Source of the DNA: Tubulanus polymorphus
Taxonomy: Eukaryota; Animalia; Nemertea
DNA length: 64,000 nucleotides
NCBI RefSeq assembly: GCF_964204645.1
Contig: NC_134026.1
Span: forward strand, 27,624,150 to 27,688,149
Direction of reading: 5' to 3'
The notes beneath the pieces are model-generated. The model made no database searches and was not told the DNA's origin. It saw only the letters and a list, made by a program, of their open reading frames with translations. Each line of letters starts with the position of its first letter. Positions within the stretch are counted from its first letter, which is position 1. The position numbers and the translations under genes were made by a program. This document shows, in pieces, positions 13,101 to 42,394 of this stretch.

Positions 13101-13878
13101 CCCATAGCTGTTCAATTGTATTGAAATAAGGGAAATCTTCTTAACTTGAAATTGATGAATATTTCAGGTTACGGTGGAGGTCGTGGCGGTGGAATGGGCC
13201 GTGGTGGTGGAATGGGCCGTGGCGGAGGACAGGGTGGAGCTGGAGGAAGAGCTGGTGATTGGATCTGTAGTGACCCGTAAGTTTTAATGCTGAATTCGAT
13301 CACATGTAGAATTCACTTCTATCAATGGCTGCTATTAATATTTGATTTTGTTGTTTACAGTGGTTGCGCCAACAAGAATTTCTCTTGGAGAAATGAATGT
13401 AACAAATGTCAAATGCCAAGGCCTGATATGGGTGGTGATATGGGAGGTAATAATAGCTTTTTCTGCAAGTAATAAGAATTTCTTTTCGCTTTGATGCGTT
13501 TTACACAATTGTTCTCTCGTAACTGTAGGTGGATTCCGTGGTCGAGGAGGTCGTGGAGGCGGTGGTAGAGGTATGGGAGGCGATAGAGGAGGTCGCGGTG
13601 GACGAGGTGGGTTCGGCGATAGAGGTGGTCGCGGAGGCGGTGGCCGAGGCGGATTCGGTGATAGAGGTCGCGGTGGTGGACGAGGCGGTCGTGGCGGTAT
13701 GGATCGCGGCGGTCGCGGAGGTGGAATGGGAGGTGGTAAAGATAGAATGCAGAGGTAAGCTTACACTTCTTCAAGTATCTATCTTTCCTGATAATTTATA
13801 TGAATTTTAGGCCATTTATAAAAGCTGGATGGTTTGTTTTGCAATTTCAGAAATGACATGAGACAACGACCATATTAA
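7115..13878 (+). CDS. FUS: FET-family RNA-binding protein (FUS/EWSR1/TAF15, cabeza-like): QGSY prion-like domain, RGG, RRM, RanBP2 zinc finger, RGG, PY-NLS; about 511 aa
   Basis: 15 exons: 7115-7127, 7572-7599, 7707-7812, 8077-8109, 8697-8880, 9394-9516, 9892-10020, 10219-10273, 11254-11288, 12626-12783, 12866-13088, 13168-13276, 13361-13446, 13529-13754, 13851-13878 (1536 nt in frame). [15 protein letters not shown]...[16 protein letters not shown]; zinc finger [24 protein letters not shown]; C-terminus RQRPY*. The symbol denotes the family; this is a probable pro-orthologue of all three vertebrate genes. Confidence 0.92.
8141..8170. repeat. (TA)n microsatellite in a FET intron
   Basis: atatatatat atatatatat ttatatatat. 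Confidence 0.85.
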
Positions 13879-14799
13879 GTAGTGTTTGGATGCAAATCGA
13901 TAGGTTTAAGAGAAGTAAAGAACAATTATATTAAAAACTTAATGGAGCGGCTTCCACCATGTATTCGTGACTACAGAACACTTGATGATGATAATACGCA
14001 TTGAGAATATGTTAGTAGATGGCTGGCTATCGAATGCATTTATTTGAAAGAAAGATATGTCATCTATTTGATCAGCCTCGATCCAGTTTTGGAATTGTAA
14101 ATAATATAACTGTTGTATAGAATAAGCGACGATTGTTTAACTTGTTTCGTACAGCCTGAGGAACCTTTTAAAACGGACCATTTCATCATCGAGATAATGA
14201 GAATAAATTTTGTATGATACTTTTTAAAAGAAGTCTTTATGTTGTTTTACTGCGCGTCATGTCATGTAAAAGAAAAAATTATAATAAAACACTTTTTGTA
14301 TATATTTGAATTTTTCTGTCACTCATTTTCTATCTGCTTGACAATGTCTATGAACCACACTGGCCCTTCTTTACACAGTTTAATTATCTCGATGGATTGG
14401 CAGTTGAAACAGTATTAGCCCTTCAGCAAAGAGAGCGAGATCAAATATTGCCCTTTAAGTGCTGCCCCTATGTGGAGGAACTTGAATGAACATCATACAT
14501 GCCGACACTTCTATGGTGCTTGGTTGTCTTTGCTGAGATGGGGGCAGATTCCAAGAAAAATCTACGACTCGGAAACTACAGGGACTGCTCGACTGCCTAC
14601 TAAGATTTAACACAAATGGGATTTCTTAATTGATGTACAAACAGGTCCCAAAGTTCGATGAGGTTCGAGGGATGAATAATGACAAAGTCTGAGGATTTAT
14701 ATTTATATCCATATATTTACAGAAATTCCAGAGAATAATTCGAAACATACACAACAAACCTAAGAGGAATTGGACATCTTGAATAATAATCGGCATAAG

Positions 14800-16414
<1,615 letters not shown>

Positions 16415-16774
16415 TGTTCGCTTTCAATTATTTTCACCACACCAGTATCTGAAATAGATTAGGTTGTTTATGTGTTATTAATGCTTGACAGGGAAGAGCA
16501 ATCTTATTCAAGAGAAAGAACAGAAGGGTAAAAAAGGGTGGTATAGTCATAGATACATATCTATATATATGCCAACATAATAACAATTCAATAACAACAA
16601 GCATCAGCAAATACAGATTCGACATCAGTAAACCTATAAAGTATACCTATATATGATTTAATTCAACGTATTCTTCTCAAAACTGTTATCCTATCTAATT
16701 ATATGAGGGTTTTCGTGCAAAAAAATAGTACAAGAAACAAAAAAGTACCATTAATGTCAAATCTCAAGTCTTAC

Positions 16775-17101
16775 CGGCTTGTGCTGCCACCTGTATTTAA
16801 CCCTATCGAACTTCGGAACTATATTTTCTATTGTAGATTAGATTGTATGAGGATTCAATTTAACTGAAACGCATTCGTATATATATACCAAGTATATATT
16901 CTTATCATAAGTCGAAATGAGGTAAACATTTCCAAAGTTCAGTTGAGTAAGTGGCATCCGAATCCGGCTTTTATACCCTCCCTGACAGGTATCACGTGAC
17001 TGTGACAAAATGGTGGATGCTTACTGATCCGAAAACTTCACATAATTTATGGATTTTTCGATCTGCTAAGGCAGCAATTGTGTATCTGACATGACAACAC
17101 T
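16775..17101. promoter_or_regulatory. Bidirectional promoter region shared by COPS5 and ARFGEF
   Basis: Divergent genes. Palindromic E-box ATCACGTGAC at 16991-17000 and YY1-like AAAATGGTGG at 17007-17016. Confidence 0.55.
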
Positions 17102-27514
<10,413 letters not shown>

Positions 27515-29973
27515 AAACAGACTAAAATGTTGTATCGATTGTGTTGTGCGATTTTAGAAAGCTGGTCGAACATTAAATCTCTTTCTTTGTGTTTTAAATA
27601 AACTATTTTTTACGCATGATTGAAAATGGAAGAGTTGAATTTGGGTTGAATGATGGTGAATATGATCTGTTATTGTAAAAAGCTATTAAACATGAATTGG
27701 TTTGGTTAGATGGGTTATTCAATGGATATCGTTATTACATGGATATGTTCAATTAGCTGTTTTATAATACACTTATTGATTTGCTTTAAATTTCATGTTA
27801 TTTTTATGATGACACCTACATGCAACCTCCCAACATATATTTCAATTTAATATCAAAATATTTTCTTCCCGGCTTCTAATTTTAGATTTTAGTTGGCCAG
27901 TATCTCATAAATATTGATATGTACATGTAAAATGTATATAGTCATATTAAAGTTGTTCATTACATGTATTAATTAGACTGAATTCAGATCTCTCACAGTA
28001 TAACTGTATTCACACTGATCACTACGGATTAATATTGTATATATGTATATTTTTGAATAAGTGTGTTCACATTCTGTTCATAAAAGTAAATTATTAAGTT
28101 GTTCCTTATTCTGCTCAGTGAATCATGTAATTGAAACCGGTATTTACAAATCATTTAAGTGCATTATGCATTTTAGGTCGATACTTTCATTTTCTTCGCT
28201 TCCATTGATAATAGAAATATCGCAAGCATCATCAGCCTTCTTGATTCTGTAAAACAGCTCAATTTTCTTGAATGTCTACCATCTTTCATGTAATTTATCA
28301 CATTGTTCTAGTCTCATTTCAATCTTTCTTCTGTCCAACTCTGTTCATGTCATTTGAACACGCTACTTTTCCCATTAGTGATACATACATTTATTACAAA
28401 TGATTCATTAGCCCCAACGAATTTAACTAGTAATTGCCAGCTGTATGTATATTTTCATTTTAATGTAGAATTTAATTAGTAAATTGTTAAATATTGATTA
28501 TTATGGTTATTACACGTTCTTTTCATTACACATTATGTATTAAATTTTAAGAAAATTTATGTTTTCTAAGAGAAATGCCACACACTGTTCTGGAAATCAA
28601 CAAGAATTTTATCTAAAATTTCTACTTAATTCATTTGATATCTCCGAAGAGCAATTTTCAAATCCACATGATTAGAACTCAACTGTGGCCTTTCTCTTCA
28701 GTGGTTAATATATATATACCTTTCAGTAATTTTCATCCTCCCAGCAATATCTTGGAAAACAAAGTTTATTTGTGAGAGGTTGAATTGAATTACTAACCGG
28801 TATTGATAGTATATTTATTTGTATGTTATATTTAAACCATTCCACAGGTTGTGCTGCCTACTGCCATGTACAGCATAGTGTTTCATATTTATCTCGGTTT
28901 TGGTACAATCTATGTTATCGTAGCCAGCCACAGATAAATGTATTTAAAATTCATTATTACCAACTTTTTGACTTTGACAAAGTTTGTCCCATGATATATG
29001 CTTGTAGCTAAATTTCTAGAAAGCAATGTTCAGATCCTTACTATCAGAGATGGGTAGTTTCTATAAGCAAGTGTGTGCCAAATTCAGTAGTACATCTTCT
29101 GAGTCAATCTACCTAACATTGTGGTATGATGGAGAAACATTTGTGTGTTAATATGGTTAGTTGTACATAATAGCTCTGGTGTTATTGATTCTCGTGTATC
29201 ATATAACATTAGGAAATAAAACTTGTATTTCCGCAACATATTTCTATCCTTTTTCACTCTTTATTCTCAAGCTATCAACATCCGGAGGACACAAGCAGTA
29301 GGCCTACTACTGTGCCAAACAATTCATTTATGAAAAGTTTGATTAATTCATATACCATTGTCCACTCAACTAAATCGCTACCGTACCGCGATTCGAACTA
29401 ACCTACAAGTTGCGTACGTTTACCGGATATTATATCGGCACGCTATTTGAGATTCAGAAATTCCGCTCGGAAACCGTACAGTTTCTAATTTTGTTTCAGT
29501 AAAATGTTCCTACTTGACAATTACTTTATTCGATGACAGCCTGTCAATTCAACTGCTCTGGAGGTCAGATTCACATACATTCAAATGCATTAATGAAGAG
29601 ATCACATACATCGAGTCAGTCAGAACTTCGTGTGAAACTAGGCCTTCGAATCATTCGCCTTAAAGTCAGTCTACTGACTACATTTGTCTAGTGATCACTG
29701 GGGTTCCACTGTCAGTCCGCTGTAGTCAGAAGACATCAAAATTTATAAAGGTACCCAGGAATACAGCATTAACCCTGTCCAGCCATGAATAACAGAATCC
29801 AAAATACTCCTAAAGATATTCTCGCCCCGGCCGTAGGATGGGAATTCATCAATTGATCCTCATTGAGCACGATGAGAGCAAAGAGAAACGAGAAAAAGTA
29901 CGTAAACACAAAACACTAATATTCTCTTCTTTGACTTGTATTTATACAAAGTTTTACAATTGTAATTCAGAAT

Positions 29974-32019
29974 TTATATGATACCAATCTGAAATGATAA
30001 GAAAAAGAAAACGAGGTTTGAAAATCTTTCGCACGAAAAAATTACACGGCGAATAATGTAGAACTAATTTACCTTGTTAGCCGTATCTAAAGCATCATAA
30101 TCGGGCGCTAGTCGTACATAAGCCTTCTTCTCGCCATCGGGTCTAAAAATGAATTGAATTTATGAATTAAGACATTTCGACAGCGTTACCAAGCAACCGG
30201 TCATATCCCACTGCGCAGACGGCTTACCTGATGAGAGTGTTCACTTTTTGTACTACGATATTGTATAATTTACGTACAGCGTATTTAATGGCTGGTTTAT
30301 TCGCTCTTTTGTCGACGATAAATACGAGCGTGTTGTTATCTTCAATTTTCTTCATGGCCGATTCAGTCGTCAGAGGGAACTTAATAATTTTGAAATGATC
30401 CAATCTGAAACGAAAACACGATCATTAACGAATAGCAAATATCAAATTGTAAATAACATCCACAGCGTTAATAAGCAATCACCTTGGTCGCCTTGGTGTA
30501 CTCTTCCTCGGATATTTTGGATTACGCACTAATTTCAAGGTTTTTGGGCGCCGGAAATGAACTGAGGTTCTGATTTTCTTCTGTCTCTTATCATGCACTC
30601 CCTTGGTGACCGCTTTCTTAGCTTTCAAAGCCTTGTCCTTAGCTTTCATAGGAACACCAGCTTTTCCTTTAGTAGTCTTAGCAGGCACTGGCTTAGTTTG
30701 CTTCTTGGTAGGAGCACCTTTCGGCGTCGTTTTGGCAGGAGCTGGCTTCTTAGCACCGGCTTTAGGCTTGCCAGCAGGGGCAGCCTTAGCAGCAGCCTTC
30801 GGAGCAGCTTTGGTCGCTGCCTTCGGGGCCTCTGCTTTCTTAGCCTCCGGCTTTTTGGTATCTGAAATAATCAAAGGTAAGATAGAGATTACAAGTACTT
30901 TTTAACAGAACAGCAGCAGATTAACCCAGCAGAGGAAAACACATATAAAGCCTGAACAACTGGAACTAGAAGAAAAAAGAGAATGATACTTGACTATAAT
31001 CTTCTGCTTTTTTAACCACAGGGGCTCGTATCAGTGTTTAGTTACAGGCACTGCAAAATGGATAAGCTGTTAATCCATTAATCCAGTGTCTATAGCAAAT
31101 ATAAAATAACTTTTTATAAAAAAGCTTTCGTTTTTTGTAGGTTTTTTGCAGTGCCAACAACTCACAAGCCCCCGTGTCCTATTATTTATCAGTTAAATGA
31201 AGGCATCTGAAAAATGGTAGTGTGTCTTATCCTAACCACCCTGGTCCCTCTCACATCTTCAGTCTATGAGTAATATGAATGAATGGTCGCACTGCTACCA
31301 TCTTCAACCGTCAAGGGATTCGAACCCACTACGCTAAAGCTGTTCGCCGAACCCCTTGACCTCACGAGTCGTTGGAGTTGTTACTAGCCGACCAGAATCC
31401 AGTCGTACCAATCACAGCCCTTGTAACAAACGACTTTAGGCTTCTATTGGTTTTCCCCTTTAATGGACCAATCAGCGAACGTTTTACCGAACAAGGAAGT
31501 ATTTCGCAAATCGATATATGACGTTATGCGCAACAGCGCCAGTAATGAAATCACGCTTCGTGAGACCAGGGGGCTGATGGAAGCGAGTTCGGGAGTGATA
31601 CTGGACCCCTGGCAAGCGAGGATGCACTGCACTGTCACTGAACACTTGCTTGCCTTAAACACTCGGTCGAAGTGCTGCGTAGAATAGGCAGAGCTAGAGG
31701 TCACCTAACTGCTGCTATAGCAAAATTGACAGACAGGCACATATAATGTGCAATATTTCAGCTATACTGACGCTACTTGTAAAATACATCCATAGTAGAC
31801 AAAATAAATGTAATAAAATTTGATTGAAGACATGCCGGTGAATAATTGCACTATATGCCCGATTCGCTGATATTTCGGAAAAAATAATTAAATCTCTGTG
31901 ACAACTATCAATTTAACAGTAATTAAAACAGCAAAAAATCAATTAACCAATTAGCGAAGTGTGGTTTATTAAAATAAGATCTTCATTAAATACAAACCTG
32001 TCTTCTTTTTAGGACCCAT
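29974..32019 (-). CDS. RPL23A: 60S ribosomal protein L23a (uL23) with a Lys/Ala/Pro-rich, histone-H1-like N-terminal extension; 220 aa
   Basis: Exons 32019-31998, 30861-30483, 30404-30228, 30142-30073, 29988-29974 (663 nt). Motifs [38 protein letters not shown] and [27 protein letters not shown]. Confidence 0.97.
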
Positions 32020-32040
32020 GTTGTAAGAGGAAGGGGTTTT
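32020..32040 (-). promoter_or_regulatory. 5' terminal oligopyrimidine (TOP)/TCT-type start of RPL23A
   Basis: Minus strand reads AAAACCCCTTCCTCTTACAAC-ATG, a pyrimidine tract just upstream of the ATG, as is typical of ribosomal protein genes. ETS-like sites lie upstream (CACTTCCTGT 32041-32050, TTTCCGGG about 32072). Confidence 0.7.
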
Positions 32041-32517
32041 CACTTCCTGTGCACGTTGTATTCTGGCATCATTTCCGGGTTTCACATTTTGCCGCTGATG
32101 ACGGTGGCAGCACGTAACGGGAATTGAAAATCGCTATTATACCTGAAATGGGTAATAAATAAATGAGTGTAAATAAGATTAATATATAAATCTAAAAAAT
32201 CTACATCGCTTACCGCTGATGAATCCGCGTTGGTCAGCGGAAATCAAACGCCGTAGAGTGCTGCCATCATCTGAATGCGGCATTAATCGTAACTAACCCG
32301 GAAATGATTGCAAATGTCATAAACTGGATTTATTGAAATCGGTTTGCTGCATTTACCTGTGTGCCGGTGCCGTGAACTAGTCACGGGTGAGACGCAGATT
32401 ACATCATAATTTTCATTAATGAGATATCAATCATGATAAAGGATATTATAGAGATTTGAGAAAAAGACAAAACAAAAGAAAAACCTAGAATTTCTTTTTC
32501 TACCTACTCTCTTCCAC

Positions 32518-32533
32518 TCACTCACTCACTCAC
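32518..32533. repeat. (TCAC)n tetranucleotide repeat in the Orai leader
   Basis: tcactcactcactcac. Confidence 0.7.
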
Positions 32534-32644
32534 GATTGACGAGTCACAGCAGTAGACACACTCACACAACAGTCACAGTCTTTACTTCTAGCTGTGTCTG
32601 TGTGTAACTTTTAAGTCAGACTTTAGTAACTCACCACGACAATA

Positions 32645-33337
32645 ATGAATGCGTACGGTCAACATGCTAATTCTGTCCTAGCTCTGTCATGGCGTAAATT
32701 AGCGCTGAGTAAAGCCAAACTGAAAGCTTCTAGCCGGACATCGGCTTTACTCTCCGGATTTGCCATGGTAAGTTATTTCACCTAATTATAATCCTATTAT
32801 ACTTCAAAATGTCTTGCAATGTTCTGATTAAAAGTTGAAATGGTTTGTTTGCAGATTTCAATGGTTGAACTACAGATTAACGAGGATGTACCGAAGCCGT
32901 TACTGATTACATTCTCAGTCTGTGCGAGTTTACTTGTTGCTATTCATATGCTCGCGTTGATGATAAGTACGTGTATATTGCCTCACATCGAAGCTGTCAG
33001 TAACATTCACAATGCGACCGCTGTCAAAGAATCTCCACATGAGCGTATGCACGTCTATATCGAGATGGCTTGGATATTTTCTACGGGTCTCGGAATTTTA
33101 TTGTTTCTTATCGAACTGATAATTCTTTGCTGGGTGAAATTCGTCGTTCGAAATTGGGATTCGGCAATCGCAGCCACTGTGATCATAACTCCGATTGTCA
33201 TCATATTTATCATATTCTCGGTGCATTTTTATCGGACATTAATCGCTCATAAGTATGAACGATCGACTCAAGGTCTCAAGGAATTAGACAAATTAGCAGA
33301 TTCTTTAGATCATCAGAATGATGTGCACGTTGTGTAG
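32645..33337 (+). CDS. ORAI1: Orai/CRAC calcium release-activated calcium channel subunit, 201 aa
   Basis: Exons 32645-32767 and 32855-33337. [28 protein letters not shown]|ISMVELQ covers ETON and TM1 with the selectivity Glu. Also [23 protein letters not shown]3 LFLIEL, TM4 Pro and a C-terminal coiled coil. Confidence 0.95.
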
Positions 33338-35753
33338 ATAGATGTATTTATAAAACCAAACTCTATAGTTTCTTTTTATATAGTGGAACCTTATTACAAC
33401 TAACTTCAGGGAACCAGAAATGTTACCCAGTATATAAAATTATTGAAAATGAACTTAATCAGAGGTTGTTGTAACGTGCCACTAGATGGAGTTCCTTAAT
33501 CCATCTTTTTTTATAGGTTTGGATTATTGTTTAATGGTAGACATCCTAGTCTATGATACTATCTGCAGTGTTATATCTCTAGTAATTTCAAATATGAATG
33601 GCTTCTAGTTATTTTGAATGTTCCTCAGTCTTATGAATTTCTATCCCTTCAGCCGCCTGACCTCTTACTTCAATGTGCTTCTTTCTATGTATGAATAATT
33701 ATCTATCTCGAACGGTACTTGTTGTGATTTTATAGATATGAAAGTAAATTACAGTCTTCCAGATCGTATTGTGGTGCCATGTAGTATTCAATTGTTTGGT
33801 TACCGCATGTACATATTTTAGATGAAATGCTAAACTATCTGGTATGTAGGCTGTCAATTTCTACTGGTATAAAATGTGTTCATTGTTTATTTACATATTT
33901 GCATGTCTTATGTAAAATATTTTCTTAGTCATTAGACAAAGTTATGTATTTTCTTCAACATCTATTAATATTTCATCTTTGTTGAATCTCTGTTTTATAT
34001 TCTTTGAAATAGGGGAGAGATGCTCGATCCACTCTAGGGATATTTCATAGGAAAGATATATTTTAAATGCTATGCTAAAAATCTATAAATTCCTTCACTC
34101 AGAAATGATATTTAATTATATATGAATACAATGTTATTTAAATGAGTCACTCCTATCAAGGTTTAACTTCTTATCTTCCATAAGGCACCATTTCTATTTG
34201 TATATACCGCACCATTCCTGTGTTAATGAACTCAGTTGTACATTATTAAAGAAATCGCTATATTCAAATAAATGTATAGAAATGAACAATTCTGCCTGAT
34301 TTTCTGTGTCTGAAGTATGCGCAGTTGTTTCAACTATCTGCATAAAATCCACTTGACTTTTTTATGTTATGTGCCATCGATGATGCAGCATCGGTTTTGC
34401 CCCGTAAGACAAATAACCTTCCTTTTAAATAACGTTTTTGTTAAATTTAGAATACATTGTATATAAAATCTCTTCAATGGAACTATTCAAATAAGTCTGC
34501 ATCTTCCAAATACCGGTACCTGTTGTTTTGAAACATTCAGAAATCTGTATAAAAGAAATTGATGAATAATTTGCTCCCAGGATAAAGTAGACAAACAAAA
34601 CTCTTATCATCTATTTCTATATTTTTCATTCATCACATGTTTTTAGTTTTTCTGTACAAACATTAAAAAATGTTCCCATGGCACAAATCATAGATTATCA
34701 TTATATTACCGAAAGCCCGTACAAAATAAGGTACATTAAATAATATGATACAGTATTTGCAGTAAAGATACCGGTATTATTTGAGAGTGCTGTTCAACTT
34801 CCTTCTACAGTTAGTTCTTTGCATAATGAAACTAGGACATGCAGTTTATTATGTTATCCTGATGCACTAAAGAGGACATTTAAATTCATCAACTCGGTGA
34901 ACTCCTGACCTAGGAGTAAAATCTGGTCATTTTGGAATTTTAATTATTTCTTCTATAAGGCACCTTCACACAAGTTACAACCTTGTTCATCTGGCTTTTA
35001 CAGAAATAGAATACAAATAATCTAGAACAATTATGACTAAAACAGGAACATCATCGTTTTTTATAAAACTGATCTAAAATTTCCAGTTTAAAGAATTGGT
35101 TTATATCAATATAAATGAATAATGCAGGATGGGAAACACCGATTACCATTATGTATTCATTTAAAAAAGAAATGCATATAGGAGATAGATACAACATTCC
35201 ATGCGCAAGATATTTGAAGCTGTACACCTAACCCTTTAGTCAATAGACAGTTTCTGGTTCTTTGTCCAGACATCCCAAGCAATTTCTAACTGTTAAAAGT
35301 GGTTATCAGAAATCATTCTATTTACACTTAACACACAGAAGAGTCCAGCACAACACATTCTCTGTGAGTAATTGAGCAATCAATCCTAGATTTACTTTCA
35401 TTCAATATATAGATAATGTATAAGCTATTATGTGGAAAGCCAAATCACATTAGACAATATCATCATACACTAGTGATACATTTATATTCGAACCATCCCA
35501 AATCTTACATTTAGCAACCATTATATACATCTGAAAATACCAATAGATGTTTATAACTGAGATAAACATTTTTAAATGCCATGAATTATCTCAAGTAACA
35601 CCCACAATTTCAAATATTTGTCACATATTTTGGCGGTTTTAAACGTAACTTAAATTACTTATTTACACACACACAAGCACCAAGAAATAAGTTCTATACA
35701 GGACAAAGAATTCAACGAATCGATTCACAAACACAAACTACATTCAGCCATCT

Positions 35754-41716
<5,963 letters not shown>

Positions 41717-42237
41717 CTTATCACTTTATTTGACCTGAAAAATTAAATACGAAAGATAGTGCTCATATCTAATCACTTAGGGGTATGCAGTAGCCATAAC
41801 TATTAATTTTCTTACAGAAATTCAAATCAAATACTAAAACAAAGAGACTTTCAGAGCGCAATATGATAGAGTTTAGTGATAAATCCAGATATCTCCAACT
41901 AAAGCAGTTATATTGTGATGCATTTCTCGAGTACAAAGATAATACAATACGTATATGTATGTATGCAGGCTGTTGAAAATGAATTCATAGAAATGCAAAC
42001 TCAGTTTATATTTCTATGATAAATTCAATTAGCTTCTTTGTGGCAATTTTGCCATGAATAATTGATTTCATAGGAAACATATTCAAAATATAGTCATTGC
42101 GTATTCATCCAAAACAGCTGTTAATAAAGAATCTACTACTTCAGTCTCACATAAAATTGTTTAATATAAACTGCATAAAAATAAATAGCAACTTTGATTC
42201 GGAGGCGGAATTCACTTCATTAATCCGCATTGATATG

Positions 42238-42394
42238 AGACGCGGATCCAGGGGAGGGTTGGGTGCTAAGATTTCCTTCATATCATTTATTTTCAATGTT
42301 ACATTTCTTAAGGGAGATGATCAAATTGTGCCTTAAACGTTCAGGGTATACCAACAGTACCACCCTCCCCCTTTTAAATCCTAGATCAGCCCCC
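42238..42394. mobile_element. Degenerate GGCGGATC(C/T)AGG-type MITE
   Basis: Left end GCGGATCCAGG and right end CCTAGATCAGCCCC are imperfect inverted termini like those of 52380-52605. Confidence 0.45.

Noticed and set aside
13409-13810. Alternative-frame and antisense ORFs over the FET RGG exon
   Set aside because: These are shadows of the low-complexity GGN/CGN codon repeats.
13755-13856. Alternative FET acceptor at 13810 giving a C-terminus without the PY-NLS
   Set aside because: It would need a 56-nt intron, shorter than the others in the window, and there is no supporting evidence.
30593-30905. Plus-strand hydrophobic ORFs opposite RPL23A
   Set aside because: These are antisense shadows of the Lys/Ala/Pro-rich exon.
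31310-31360. tRNA gene suggested by GGTTCGAATCCC
   Set aside because: Only 51 nt with no proper anticodon arm, and the A and B boxes abut. Kept only as a tRNA-like finding.
31161-31580. RNase MRP/P RNA (AAGCCCCC ... GGGGGCTGA resemble P4 strands)
   Set aside because: The CR-I GAAAG context and the other conserved regions were not found, and the motifs are better explained by local stems.
32213-32245. Hammerhead ribozyme-like CTGATGA...GAAA
   Set aside because: Stem II does not begin directly after CUGAUGA, no stems I/III or cleavage triplet are evident, and the sequence lies in a promoter.
33381-33484. Possible degenerate MITE in the Orai 3'UTR (TAGTGG...CCACTA)
   Set aside because: The inverted termini are too short and diverged to call without a copy-number search.
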